Shown here: positions 1 through 10,267 of the stretch, one piece after another
Numbering within the stretch: position 1 is the stretch's first letter
Layout of the letters: the number at the start of each line of letters is the position of its first letter
Origin: a virus
Strand: one strand, 5' to 3'
IMG/VR virus record: IMGVR_UViG_3300032782_000001
Span: 244,404-308,403 of that record
DNA: 64,000 bases
Notes under the pieces: model-generated
The model's database searches: none
The model's input: only the letters and a program-made list of their open reading frames with translations
What the model was told of the DNA's origin: nothing
Made by a program: the position numbers and the translations under genes

Positions 1-3000
1 CGGTGTCAGCAAATGGGACACCAGTATTCGGATCAATATCAGGTACTTGAGCAGTCTTTTGAGTAACTCCAAGGACCTGGGAAATGAAAGACTGAGGAAG
101 AACCGAAATCCAATTACTATTTCCGAGAGCGCAAGAACACGTGTTGGATTGAGATGAGTCCAGTCCATTTGTTTCAGTGGGACATAGATCTGATAGAAGT
201 TGAGCCCGACTTGTAGCATCGGCCTCAGCATACACAGCTGTGCTAGAAGTAGTTACAGTCCCGCTACTATTCGATTTACTGACAGTGCTATTGATTGAAG
301 CCGTGTATGTAGTCTGACTTGTGTAATTGATAGTGCTGGGGTCCACATTCCCATTCGGATAGTTTCCGCCCTTGAATGACGCTCCAGTCACATAATCATC
401 TGGTTGCATTTGATTAAATGCAACGTCAAATGATTGTGAATCGGGGCCTAAGGTAGTAGGTGGATTACTCGTCAGAAGACCACCTGTAGGGGCGAATTGG
501 ATATTGATCTGATTGACAGTCCCGCTCGTGACCGGATCTTGAAGAGTAACTTTCCCACGGTCAATGAAGCATCCACGTCCATATCGATAATGACCGATCA
601 ATTCAAATCCATATTCATCTGAAACGGGACGAACCATAATATTGATGTCTGGAAGAGTTTGGGTACTGCCAGCACTCTGAGCCTGAGCGAAAGCAATGAC
701 GGTTCGTTGAGCGCTGACGGCTTGTTGAGCAGTTTGCAATGCAGATTTCGCAGTATCAGCGATAGCCTTTAAACTAGTATCAGTAGGATTGGCTAAAGAA
801 GCGTTCTGTGCGGCAAGGAATGCTTTTTGTTTTGTGGCTAGGTCACTGACAAGTGGTTTTAGCGCATCGGTTGCACTTTGAACGCTTGTAGTGCTGCCAG
901 CGGCTGAAGCTCCTGCCGCAGAAGTGCTTGAGCTAATGACAGCAGCAGTAGGACCACCGTCCGTACCGGTTCCCCAAGTTACAGAACCGGCGGGAACTAC
1001 TAAAAACTCTTTGAAATATGCATTTTGATCAAATGCGTAATCATAAAGACCCGCGTTACTAAACCCGGCTTCATATCGATGACACCTCAATCGATCAATC
1101 AGCTGGGCCCTATTTCCATTCGCAATGGTTTTAAGAATGTCGCTCTGTTGATTCGCAGCTGCAAGAGGATTGAGTCCCTGTTGTGCAGCTTGCGTAGCCG
1201 TCGTACTACCAGCTTTTTGTTGTGCAACAGCCAGAAGGGTGTTATTTACAGACTGTCGGTATACCATGACAGCATTGGGGTATCCGAGAAGCTTGCCGGT
1301 CTTAGGATCACGAATGATAGCGGGTCCGCCAGATTGATCGTTGGAAGCTCCAGTATTATTGACAGTCTCACCGACTCCCGAAGGAAACTCAACCGAGAAA
1401 GTCGGTTGAGTTACCATGATGGGTTTGTTGGTCTTAGGATCCAAAGGTCCAGGAACACTCTTGGATCCGAGGCTGGTGATGCTACCAATATTGGTAGGAG
1501 CAATAAATTTAGATCGTTTAGCAGTCAAAGTTAAAGTAGTAGTAGCTTGTCCTCCAGGCGAGAAATTGTGAGAAATTCCTTGGATGTAGAAGAAAGAGTC
1601 ATACTTGGGAAACCAGATGGGGAATCCCATCCGGAGTTCGGGGCGCATTGGAATAGTAACAGTCCCATTCTTGCGTTTGGAATTCACCCTATCAAGATAA
1701 TCAAGGAGATGATAGAAAAGCCTTCGCCCATTGGAAACCCACTCACATTGATAATCGAGACGTCGCCATCCATAACGGCGAAGAAGATGATAATCCACAA
1801 CACCCGTGCGGGGTGTAGTAATGTCATCGTTCAATCCGAGATCGTCGATACCGGCTGCACCGCTAAAAGCATTGCCGCTCCCCGTAATATGAGTATAAAC
1901 CTCTGCCTCTGAATCAGTCACAGAGTCATCCATGACTTCAAAGTCTTGGACCCAACTTACGGGCTTGTTGGGAATGACGTTTAGATTATAAAACGGGGGT
2001 TTGAAGATAATATCCCCAGTCGTGTCACAGTAAAATTCAAACCCGGCCTGATCGCGAACTGTCATAGCAATGTTGAGTTTGCTCTGCATTTCGCTCTGAA
2101 GCATATTTACTTCGCCTGCTTTATTCAAATCAGTTTTGAAAGCATGGACTTGACTCGGGTCAATTCGGAACTGGGAAGTCAAAGGATTTAAGGTACTGGT
2201 ATTTTTGGCTTCCTGCTCAAAAATGGTTTGCGAGATTTTGACTGGAGATACGGTAGCGGTATCTCCCGTAAATGTATACGCCTGTCCTGAAGATCCATAG
2301 ATAACGAGACTATTCCAAATGTTACCAAATTTGAGTTGCCAATAACCCATAATATCTTTCGCGTAAGAAGCGACAGACTGAGTTTCCGGACCCTTCTCTG
2401 GAAGATAGGAAGAATTGAATGAACCAGTGGTGAGTGACATATCGCCCATTGCATCTTTTGCTAGTGCAATGATGACAGTATATGGATTAGCACCGGCAAA
2501 AACATGTTGCCAGAGTTGGAATCCATTCTGTGACATGCTGGAATCGAGATAGGCAGGATTCACATTCACATTCGTGACTTCCCACCATCGCAAAATATCT
2601 TTGCAATTTAGTGTAATACTAGTTACGCCATTCGACCAGTTCTTCGTAACTGAAGAAACCATTCCCCAGAAAATTCGATAATATTGAGGAATTCCGCCGA
2701 TGAGGAAATAACCTTTCGCAAAAATTTCAATTTCCATCATCGGAATGATGATGAATTCACCATCAGAATAGAAATCGTTCTTGTCATTGTCCGGGATCGA
2801 CAAGTTAATAGTTGCGCTTCCAGGAGGGGAGTCAACTGTGGCCTCGGTACTGATACCGGTCACATAGGCATTAATGTCGATTTTCCGCTGACATTCACCG
2901 CACGCAATGACGCTCGTCTCGCCTTGAACGGAGACATAGCAGTCGGGAGCCACGACAACGTATGGCCGGGCATTGGGAGTAAAACTTCCTCGAAAGGCAG

Positions 3001-3013
3001 AAGTCCTAGGCAT
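1..3013 (-). CDS. Large structural (tail fiber / host-recognition-like) protein, N-terminal ~1000 aa; 3' end lies beyond the window start
   Basis: Minus-strand ATG at 3011-3013 overlaps the TAA stop of the upstream gene as TAATG. The frame stayed open in every stretch I checked by hand (1-121, 2941-3013). It is absent from the ORF track only because it has no stop inside the window. Plus-strand ORFs 1025-1912 look like antisense artefacts. Ala/Gln-rich segments and Ig-like Thr/Ser-rich segments suggest a fiber. Confidence 0.5.
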   Translation of the reverse strand, partial: MPRTSAFRGSFTPNARPYVVVAPDCYVSVQGETSVIACGECQRKIDINAYVTGISTEATVDSPPGSATINLSIPDNDKNDFYSDGEFIIIPMMEIEIFAKGYFLIGGIPQYYRIFWGMVSSVTKNWSNGVTSITLNCKDILRWWEVTNVNVNPAYLDSSMSQNGFQLWQHVFAGANPYTVIIALAKDAMGDMSLTTGSFNSSYLPEKGPETQSVASYAKDIMGYWQLKFGNIWNSLVIYGSSGQAYTFTGDTATVSPVKISQTIFEQEAKNTSTLNPLTSQFRIDPSQVHAFKTDLNKAGEVNMLQSEMQSKLNIAMTVRDQAGFEFYCDTTGDIIFKPPFYNLNVIPNKPVSWVQDFEVMDDSVTDSEAEVYTHITGSGNAFSGAAGIDDLGLNDDITTPRTGVVDYHLLRRYGWRRLDYQCEWVSNGRRLFYHLLDYLDRVNSKRKNGTVTIPMRPELRMGFPIWFPKYDSFFYIQGISHNFSPGGQATTTLTLTAKRSKFIAPTNIGSITSLGSKSVPGPLDPKTNKPIMVTQPTFSVEFPSGVGETVNNTGASNDQSGGPAIIRDPKTGKLLGYPNAVMVYRQSVNNTLLAVAQQKAGSTTATQAAQQGLNPLAAANQQSDILKTIANGNRAQLIDRLRCHRYEAGFSNAGLYDYAFDQNAYFKEFLVVPAGSVTWGTGTDGGPTAAVISSSTSAAGASAAGSTTSVQSATDALKPLVSDLATKQKAFLAAQNASLANPTDTSLKAIADTAKSALQTAQQAVSAQRTVIAFAQAQSAGSTQTLPDINIMVRPVSDEYGFELIGHYRYGRGCFIDRGKVTLQDPVTSGTVNQINIQFAPTGGLLTSNPPTTLGPDSQSFDVAFNQMQPDDYVTGASFKGGNYPNGNVDPSTINYTSQTTYTASINSTVSKSNSSGTVTTSSTAVYAEADATSRAQLLSDLCPTETNGLDSSQSNTCSCALGNSNWISVLPQSFISQVLGVTQKTAQVPDIDPNTGVPFADT

Positions 3014-4770
3014 TAGATTCCCGCAGCTCCAGTAGGTGATTGACCGACGAATGAAACGCTTGAAGCAGGAGATGCAAAAGAAGAAATAACAGTCCTATTG
3101 AAGCCAGGTTGAGTAGCTGCCACCGCAATATCGTTGATCTGATTCATGCCGTCCATTTCAATGTCATATCGGACGTTGAATTTGAAGCTATAACTCAAAT
3201 TGTATGGCTTGTCAGCGTCATCATCTACTGAGAATTCATCAAAAGATCCGATGTACATATGATCGTCGTAATAAATATACAGACTAATACCAAGCATGAG
3301 CACGCCAACAGACCCAGGAACTTCGGTGCCTGTGAAGATGGATCCGTTATTTTTGTAAATCATGACTAGAGATAGGAGATTCCTATACGCAATGCTTTGA
3401 ATACGATTGAAGTTACTGAGACCACCGTTGGACCCTGAATCCATAACATACTGGGCCGCAGAAACACCGTTCCCCGAGATGGAAAGGGGCCGTTCCAACC
3501 ATAAATGGACGATATTCCCTTGACGGGTCTTGGGGCTATCGTCGGCAGAATATTCATAATCTCGAGTGAATTCACTCGGATTGATCATCATAAGCAAAGC
3601 TGGCATATCGTTCAAAGTCTGAATCTGAGCTTGAAGAGCAGAAGTCGTATCTTGGGCACTCTTAAGCCTGTCCCCGTCTTGGGAAGCCTGGACTGTCCTA
3701 CCTAATCGAGTAGCTAGAGGATCCGCTGATTCATAATCCGTGATAACGCCAGAAGTCATCACGGCCGGAGCCATATTATCAGGCGTGGACAGACTTGTTT
3801 GAGGAGAGCCAGTAGACCCGAGAGGACTGTCACCAAATCGTTGATTATACCCAGCCAATTTGGAATCAAGAGCCTTCTGGTATTCTGCAGGATCCAATCC
3901 GAAATAACCGGCCCGGCCTGGTGCATCAGGATTAGCAGCTGTAGGCCTAGGACCAGGAATAGGCTTCGTTGCATCAACAAATTCCTGAGAAGTCTGAGCG
4001 TTTGCCACTCCAGGCCAACCACGAATAATATTGGCAACTTGGAAATTGGCGCCATCTTGGAGGTTGTTGAAAGAGTTAAAGGCTACCTTAAAAGCCCTGC
4101 TTCCCGGACGTGGAGTCGTCGTATCTGATTCAAATCCTTTGGTACTATCTCTCCATATATAATAAGTCCCCGACGATGGAGGAACGAACCCAGGTGCGTC
4201 ATTATTTACGTTATTGTCATCGAAGAATCCAATCGTCTGGCCGTAAGCATGGGTAGAACCCAGATTGAAATTGGTTGCACTAATCGTGTTCGGGTTATTC
4301 CCTGCTCCGTTTTCTGTAAGGGTCTGCGCATACAGGAGAGAAAGGGTAGCTTCGGTAGGAGCTTGTCCAGTGGCGTTCACATAGCCGTTGTAAAGAGCCT
4401 GTCTCAGATCGCTTGCCGAGAAAGATTGATAGGCTCTAGGTTGCTCTCCACCGTTTCCTACGGATGGAACTTGACTCACCAGTCCAGCAGTACCTGTAGT
4501 TGATGGGGTAGTGCTAACCGCGGGAGGAACAGCGGTAGAAACTTTCTGGAATGGGACGTAGTTAACAGGAACGTCCGGAGGAATGATTCCCACCACGAAT
4601 AACTTAGCATTCCGACGAGAAGCAGTGCCGGAAGAAAATTCACCGATGTCGGAATCTGAAGCCGCTGTATCAAAAGCAATTTGCTTTGCCAGAGCATCAA
4701 GATATACGAGTACGTCCAGTGACGGAACTTGAATCTTCGGAACGATAGTGTTGGGTGCTGAAGTCGTCAC
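3013..4770 (-). CDS. Hypothetical tail/baseplate-associated structural protein (585 aa)
   Basis: Long ORF directly downstream of the tape-measure-like gene and a 296-aa ORF. GTG start immediately after an in-frame TGA. Thr/Ser/Gly/Asn-rich. Confidence 0.5.
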   Translation of the reverse strand: MTTSAPNTIVPKIQVPSLDVLVYLDALAKQIAFDTAASDSDIGEFSSGTASRRNAKLFVVGIIPPDVPVNYVPFQKVSTAVPPAVSTTPSTTGTAGLVSQVPSVGNGGEQPRAYQSFSASDLRQALYNGYVNATGQAPTEATLSLLYAQTLTENGAGNNPNTISATNFNLGSTHAYGQTIGFFDDNNVNNDAPGFVPPSSGTYYIWRDSTKGFESDTTTPRPGSRAFKVAFNSFNNLQDGANFQVANIIRGWPGVANAQTSQEFVDATKPIPGPRPTAANPDAPGRAGYFGLDPAEYQKALDSKLAGYNQRFGDSPLGSTGSPQTSLSTPDNMAPAVMTSGVITDYESADPLATRLGRTVQASQDGDRLKSAQDTTSALQAQIQTLNDMPALLMMINPSEFTRDYEYSADDSPKTRQGNIVHLWLERPLSISGNGVSAAQYVMDSGSNGGLSNFNRIQSIAYRNLLSLVMIYKNNGSIFTGTEVPGSVGVLMLGISLYIYYDDHMYIGSFDEFSVDDDADKPYNLSYSFKFNVRYDIEMDGMNQINDIAVAATQPGFNRTVISSFASPASSVSFVGQSPTGAAGI

Positions 4771-4773
4771 CGA

Positions 4774-5664
4774 TCACCTCAAGTTAGTGTTCGTATTGTT
4801 GTTCAACACGAAATTCGGACTGAAATTCGAGGCTTGATCCAGAGTCGGAGCTGGAATGTTGGGAGCACTAGCAGGACCAACTGTTGGAGCTCCCGTATTC
4901 TGGAATACTTGAGTACCGGCCCCAATGGACAATCCGGTCTGAAGAGCATTTTGAGACCCGGCGAATCGATAGAGCGTAGCTTCTACTTTGAACTCCCAAG
5001 TAAGCTCAAAAGAATATGCATGAGAATCGTCTTCTTTAACTTGGAAAGTCCTGAAGCTCCCGAGATAAATCCCGCGGTCATAAACACACATGACACGACC
5101 ACGAATAGCGGGAGAACCGAAACCATCAAAAACGATCCCGTTATGTCGGAAGACGTCGAGCATGTCTTCTTGACGTTCCCAGGCCATCGATCCGTGTCTG
5201 CCAGTGGCACCTGGTTGAGAATCAAATCCACCAATATTGGATCCTGTGCCATCTGATCCAGAAGCAAGACCAATCAGTGGCCCTAAAAACGCACCTGTGG
5301 TACCTTCGGCAGAAAGTGTATCCAGTTCATCTGGCCAGATGAACTCAACAAATCCACCATAAGTCATGACGACGTTTTTGCTCTTCGTGAATTTTTCTCC
5401 GAAAGTCTTCGGATTCACATGCATTGCCAACAAGAAATTCCATATTGGTTGATTTGCGGGATCTACTACTTGAAATAGAATAGGCCTCCCAATTTGGCCA
5501 GTAAATGAATTATAAGAATCATTGATTGACGGGTTCGGCGTCCGAGGCATGCGGACGTCGCCAGGGACAGTTAACCCCGTCGTCTGATTTTGTTGAAGAA
5601 GTGCACTCGTATTCCCCGGTGCAATAGTAGAAAGACCGGACGTAAAGGGGTTGGACGTCGTCAT
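4774..5664 (-). CDS. Hypothetical tail protein (296 aa; distal-tail-protein position)
   Basis: ATG overlaps the TMP-like gene stop as TGATG. Size and position match a Dit-like protein. No motif recognised. Confidence 0.45.
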   Translation of the reverse strand: MTTSNPFTSGLSTIAPGNTSALLQQNQTTGLTVPGDVRMPRTPNPSINDSYNSFTGQIGRPILFQVVDPANQPIWNFLLAMHVNPKTFGEKFTKSKNVVMTYGGFVEFIWPDELDTLSAEGTTGAFLGPLIGLASGSDGTGSNIGGFDSQPGATGRHGSMAWERQEDMLDVFRHNGIVFDGFGSPAIRGRVMCVYDRGIYLGSFRTFQVKEDDSHAYSFELTWEFKVEATLYRFAGSQNALQTGLSIGAGTQVFQNTGAPTVGPASAPNIPAPTLDQASNFSPNFVLNNNTNTNLR

Positions 5665-8600
5665 CAGTGCCTCCTAGCGAGTTTGTCCATTGCTCCGTAT
5701 ACGGCACCTTCCAATTGCTGTTGAGAAAGTCCGGAACCACTGATATTAACATTCACGGGGCCGATGGATGTATGACCTCCGCCACCGCCAGTCGTTCCAC
5801 CAGCTGGCACTACATACTCACCTTGATGTAGCTTGTAAAGACCAGTGTCAGGAATGGGGCCACCCATTTGACGACTGCCTTTGGTTTTGTCTTTTAGTAA
5901 TTTATCAAAGGATTCATTGACATCGCCTTCTTGAGGCAGCTTCGCTAAATCCCAAAGTGAAGCGTCGGATTTGGACAAATCTTTAGTGTGGTCGATGAGG
6001 GCCTTCTTGAATCCGTCATCACTCATTTTGGCTTCAACGATTGCATAAGCCATCATGACTTCGTCCATAGTATTTCCAATGATGTCCTCCATGAGGTGTT
6101 TCCACCGGGAGTTCATCCAACTGTTCTCGTATTTAATTCCTTTCTTCAGGATCCCCGCGACATCTTTGATTCCATCATAAATGTCGCTCTCTTGTTGGAG
6201 CTGATCTTTTCCAGTGTCGTCTACAGATCCTTGGAGATCCTTTATTTGATCATCACTAACACCCATTTGTTTCGCTACCGCTGGGTGAACCGCACCCCCA
6301 CTTAATCCTGCAGCCTTAGCCATCAAAACAGTTGGGCTATTTGGCTTTGTAGATGCATCAGCAAGGGTATTCTGCGCTTGTGCAGAGTCTTTCGTATTTT
6401 TGTTGATTTCCTCTAGGTCCATCTCCAAGTCTTCGTTAGCCTTAGCAGCTTGCTTTTCGGCTACGGTCTTATAGACTTTCTTATCAGCAGTCCCGGCTCG
6501 ACGATTCTCGGCCATTTTCGCAGCTTGTTCCATCGCTTGTTTCTGCATGCGTGGGCTGACCTGACGACCTTCCTTTGTCAGAAGCTTCATCAAATTGGCG
6601 GGAAGATCTTCAGCACTCGAATTTTTGGCAACCAATTCCACAAGCTTATCAAGCTGTTCCGATCCACCGAATGAAGAAGCATCAACCATCTGCTTGAAAG
6701 TATTAGTAAGTTGTTCTGTACCACCACCAGCTTGAACCTGCTTCTTCATCATATCAGCAACATAGCTGAATGATTCCTTAGAAGTAGTCTTTCCTTCGAA
6801 TGATTCTTTGAGACCTTCGATCCCCTTAATCATCTTTTGCTGAGTCTTAGCTTCGGCGGGAGTCCCGGAAATCCAATTAACTATGGCTTGATATACATCA
6901 TTAATTGTATCGAGGATCCCAGAAGCTGCTTTGAATAATTTCTCGAGCAGAAATGCAATCACGTTATCGATCTTATCAGCAATGGACATTGTCGCGTCCG
7001 ATTGTTGCTGAGCCAAATCTTCAGCAGTCTGCTGACCTTCTTTCATTGTGTTAGACATTTCAGAAGCTTGAAACAAATCCTCATCCGTAGCTTCCTGCAT
7101 GTCTTTCTGAGTAACACCTTCAGCCTTAATGCCCTTGCGCATGGCAATAGTCTCGCGCAATGCTTTATTCATTGATTTACTGTTAGTCTTACCATATTGC
7201 TGCAGAAATGATTTTTGGGTTTTGAGGCTTTGCGCAGTAGAACGGAGAGCGTCATACTGCTGCTCAGAAATACCAAGCTGCTTCATGACATGCTCGGAAA
7301 GACCGTCAAATCCGGTTGTAAGAGTCTGACCAAATTTACTAAGAATTTTGTATGTGGAATAAACTCCACTGCCTCGCATGGCAGTGGCAAGATTCAGCGG
7401 TCCACCTTTCTTGCGAGCCGCTTCATAGCTCGCAAGCTTCATTGCATCACCAATTTGGTTACCGGAAATTTCTGCACCTTCTTTAGCCGCGTTACCTTGA
7501 GCCTTGGCCATGAGATCGGCCATAGACTTCTCGCCGCCTTTGTATGCCTTCTCAAATTCGTCAGGATTAATGCCATATTTTTCAAAATTCTTAGCCATAG
7601 ACTTCGCTTTCATGTCGAAGTCCTTACTGAGAGTTTTACTGACAAATCCAGTGCCCGAAATAAGAACTGTCTTCAATCTCTGCTTAAAATCCATGCCCTG
7701 GAAGCCTTTAGCAAAAGCATCCATGAAATTCTTGACATCTTTAGCACTCATCGTCTTCGACAAGAGCTTGATCGTCCCTGTCAATTCTTCTAATCTGTTC
7801 TGGTAGAGCTCAACATCCGGAAGAACTTGCCTGAAGATGCCCATGAATTTCGTCATAGGCATATTAGCCGTAGCGGCAGCTTTAACAATATTCCCCATGA
7901 GCCCTTGGACTTGATCAGCTCCATATCCGGTTTCAGATACGAATTTGCCCATCATTCCAGCAACTTCAGTCGATTCCATCCCAAGGGCTTTGCCATACAC
8001 GATGGCATTGCGGGAAAATTCTTCCACCCCTGCTGTCACATCTCCCTTTCCGAGAGATTTCATGGTTTCCCTCGTTTTAATGAGAGAACCAGTTGATTCC
8101 TTAGCAAATGCGTTAATGGCCTTAGCAGCAGTTTCGGAATTGGCTCCGTACCTTAATAGAGATCCGGCCGCATCCATGGACGCGTTTCGAAGGTCATCTA
8201 CGGCACTCTTATAATTTTTGGTATCAGATGTGAAGTCGTTTACGAATCCAGCACCATCCAGAAGGGCTTTATTAAGTTTGGTTTGATGCTCACTAGCAGC
8301 CTTGAGAAACCCCCAAAGAGCTCCGACTGCGGCAGCAACTAAAGCTAACGACCCGGCAGCTTGAGCAATACCGCCTGCTGCTTTTCCTACCATAGTGGCA
8401 TCAGCAGTCCCCGCCCCACCTGCAATGGCAGTTCTAGCTAATCCACCTTGAGCACCTTGAGCAGCTGCCTGACCGGCCCCTGATAGGGCACTTTTGAGGC
8501 CTCCAACGCCACCACTAGAGAGACCTTTCCCTAAGGATTTTAAGATATCCTTGAAAGCGTCTTTCTTACTATAATCGGCAGACTTTTCGAGACCTTCTCT

Positions 8601-9056
8601 GAATTTTTTCTGGCTTTTGACTACATCTTTCAGTTCTTGACCATATTTCTGACCAATTTTCCTATGGTCTTCAATTTGCTTATTTAGGCTGAGAACAGAA
8701 TCAGATACTTGTTTCAATTCCTCAGAAATTTTTTCTTTTTCCTCCGGAGTTTTAGCCTTCCTCATGGCCTCCGAAAGAGCCTCAGCTTCCGTCAGAGCAT
8801 GATGGAGCTGATCACCAAGTGCGCCAAGTTCTTTCATTGAACTCTTGGCGGAATTAGATAGGACTTTGCCAAAATTAGCAGTAGCAGAGGAAATTTCTTT
8901 GATTTCTTTCAAAGAAATTCTGGAACTTTGAGATACCTCGGTCCAGCTAGCCTTAAGCTTGGAGAGCTTCTTTAGAACCTCAACAGAACTTCGTTCGTCA
9001 ACCTTGGGGGTGACGACAACCGGAATCCCAATTCCTCCTTCACGACGAGCAGGCAT
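5664..9056 (-). CDS. Tape-measure-like protein (1130 aa)
   Basis: Long coiled-coil-prone Lys/Glu-rich sequence. Central Gly/Ala-rich hydrophobic stretch (GGVGGLKSALSGAGQAAAQGAQGG...LALVAAAVGALWGF). Gly-rich C-terminus. All three are typical of tail tape-measure proteins. Confidence 0.55.
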   Translation of the reverse strand: MPARREGGIGIPVVVTPKVDERSSVEVLKKLSKLKASWTEVSQSSRISLKEIKEISSATANFGKVLSNSAKSSMKELGALGDQLHHALTEAEALSEAMRKAKTPEEKEKISEELKQVSDSVLSLNKQIEDHRKIGQKYGQELKDVVKSQKKFREGLEKSADYSKKDAFKDILKSLGKGLSSGGVGGLKSALSGAGQAAAQGAQGGLARTAIAGGAGTADATMVGKAAGGIAQAAGSLALVAAAVGALWGFLKAASEHQTKLNKALLDGAGFVNDFTSDTKNYKSAVDDLRNASMDAAGSLLRYGANSETAAKAINAFAKESTGSLIKTRETMKSLGKGDVTAGVEEFSRNAIVYGKALGMESTEVAGMMGKFVSETGYGADQVQGLMGNIVKAAATANMPMTKFMGIFRQVLPDVELYQNRLEELTGTIKLLSKTMSAKDVKNFMDAFAKGFQGMDFKQRLKTVLISGTGFVSKTLSKDFDMKAKSMAKNFEKYGINPDEFEKAYKGGEKSMADLMAKAQGNAAKEGAEISGNQIGDAMKLASYEAARKKGGPLNLATAMRGSGVYSTYKILSKFGQTLTTGFDGLSEHVMKQLGISEQQYDALRSTAQSLKTQKSFLQQYGKTNSKSMNKALRETIAMRKGIKAEGVTQKDMQEATDEDLFQASEMSNTMKEGQQTAEDLAQQQSDATMSIADKIDNVIAFLLEKLFKAASGILDTINDVYQAIVNWISGTPAEAKTQQKMIKGIEGLKESFEGKTTSKESFSYVADMMKKQVQAGGGTEQLTNTFKQMVDASSFGGSEQLDKLVELVAKNSSAEDLPANLMKLLTKEGRQVSPRMQKQAMEQAAKMAENRRAGTADKKVYKTVAEKQAAKANEDLEMDLEEINKNTKDSAQAQNTLADASTKPNSPTVLMAKAAGLSGGAVHPAVAKQMGVSDDQIKDLQGSVDDTGKDQLQQESDIYDGIKDVAGILKKGIKYENSWMNSRWKHLMEDIIGNTMDEVMMAYAIVEAKMSDDGFKKALIDHTKDLSKSDASLWDLAKLPQEGDVNESFDKLLKDKTKGSRQMGGPIPDTGLYKLHQGEYVVPAGGTTGGGGGHTSIGPVNVNISGSGLSQQQLEGAVYGAMDKLARRH

Positions 9057-9064
9057 TGACTACC

Positions 9065-10264
9065 TCATTTTCCCTTCCCATCGGAATCTTGAGATAGATC
9101 TAGGTGTACTTGCTTGTTGATCTGAGCACGATGCTCTCGTTTGGCTTGCTCCATACGAGCAAGTAGTTCATCGGCTTCCTTTTTACCACCTAGAATCCGG
9201 ACTCCGGAACTAAGCTCTCCACCAGTATTGGAGGGCATATTTACCTGCGGAGTCATATAGATCTGCCGCTTATGTTGATTAATAATTTTCGCACGCTCCC
9301 TGAGCTTGCGTTCATGAGCTTCAATAACTCTATCGTGATGGTCCTTCTCACCCGATAGAGCTGCCGAAAGTTGTTCAGCCAATTCTTCAGCAGTTTCAGC
9401 TCGGAATCTTTTCTCCACTGTCGCAATACGCTTATCAGGAAGTTCCACCGTAGAAGGCGGTTCCGCATCTTCTCCCGCTGTTCTGTTGAGATAACGGTAG
9501 AGAATTTTCATCTTGCGTTCTTCGAGGTCGACCCTGTCTTTCTCGCGGCGCCCTCTATCACGCTCATCAACAGAACGAACTCCCTTTCCGTTAAAACAAG
9601 AACCAATGAATTTGGCGTTATTCCAATCTCGTTCGGCTTCGTCTTTCTTATCAAGAAGTCGATTGAGAGCAACCCAAGTTTGCTGGCAGTAATTCATCCC
9701 CAACTCTTCAGTGCCAGCAAGACCGGTTGCCATGGCAGAATGAATGGGAATGGATTGAAGATATAACCAATGATAGCGAGATTTGTTCTCATGAACATAA
9801 ATCTCGGTTAATGGATATAGCCTAGAGGCTCGTGCGTTTAGAGCACTTAGGTTTTCTACTACCTTTTCTTGAATGGACGAAGTTAGTTTGGAAATGATTT
9901 TGATCAGCCGATTCAAATGGGTCGGCCTGGAATGAACAGCGTTTTGTCCGTCTACGAATACAATGCTGTAGGCGATAAAAGCTGCTCGAAAAGATGCGCG
10001 AGCCTCAGTCGGTGAAGATTTGGAAGGCCTTAAAAAGGCAATATTACGGAGCTCATTATGATTGAGAGTTTTGAAGACGAAAGAATGATCAGCGATTACC
10101 GCAGTGCTAGTTAGGAAACCTAGGTAAAGATAACTTTCTAGATCTTCCCAAACAGCATCGTCGACTTTTCGATATGACTCAGGAACCTTAATTTGGACGC
10201 GCCGGGGCGCTTGTTCCGAGTCAGGATTGCCCGGGCCCGGAGTGGAGGCCTGAGCTGGATTCAT
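9065..10264 (-). CDS. Hypothetical protein (399 aa), Arg/Glu-rich coiled-coil C-terminus
   Basis: ORF track. ATG at 10262-10264 lies one codon after the in-frame TAG of the upstream ORF. Confidence 0.5.
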   Translation of the reverse strand: MNPAQASTPGPGNPDSEQAPRRVQIKVPESYRKVDDAVWEDLESYLYLGFLTSTAVIADHSFVFKTLNHNELRNIAFLRPSKSSPTEARASFRAAFIAYSIVFVDGQNAVHSRPTHLNRLIKIISKLTSSIQEKVVENLSALNARASRLYPLTEIYVHENKSRYHWLYLQSIPIHSAMATGLAGTEELGMNYCQQTWVALNRLLDKKDEAERDWNNAKFIGSCFNGKGVRSVDERDRGRREKDRVDLEERKMKILYRYLNRTAGEDAEPPSTVELPDKRIATVEKRFRAETAEELAEQLSAALSGEKDHHDRVIEAHERKLRERAKIINQHKRQIYMTPQVNMPSNTGGELSSGVRILGGKKEADELLARMEQAKREHRAQINKQVHLDLSQDSDGKGK

Positions 10265-10267
10265 AGG

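Noticed and set aside
1025-1912. Plus-strand ORFs of 169 and 121 aa
   Set aside because: They lie antisense to a minus-strand frame that stayed open in every stretch I checked by hand and is coupled as TAATG to the upstream gene. Their composition is odd (Ser/Arg/Ile-rich). I treat them as shadow ORFs.
7129-8214. Several plus-strand ORFs of 66-192 aa inside the tape-measure-like gene
   Set aside because: Antisense shadow ORFs within a 3.4-kb gene with clear protein features. They are Cys/Phe/Leu-rich with no motifs.
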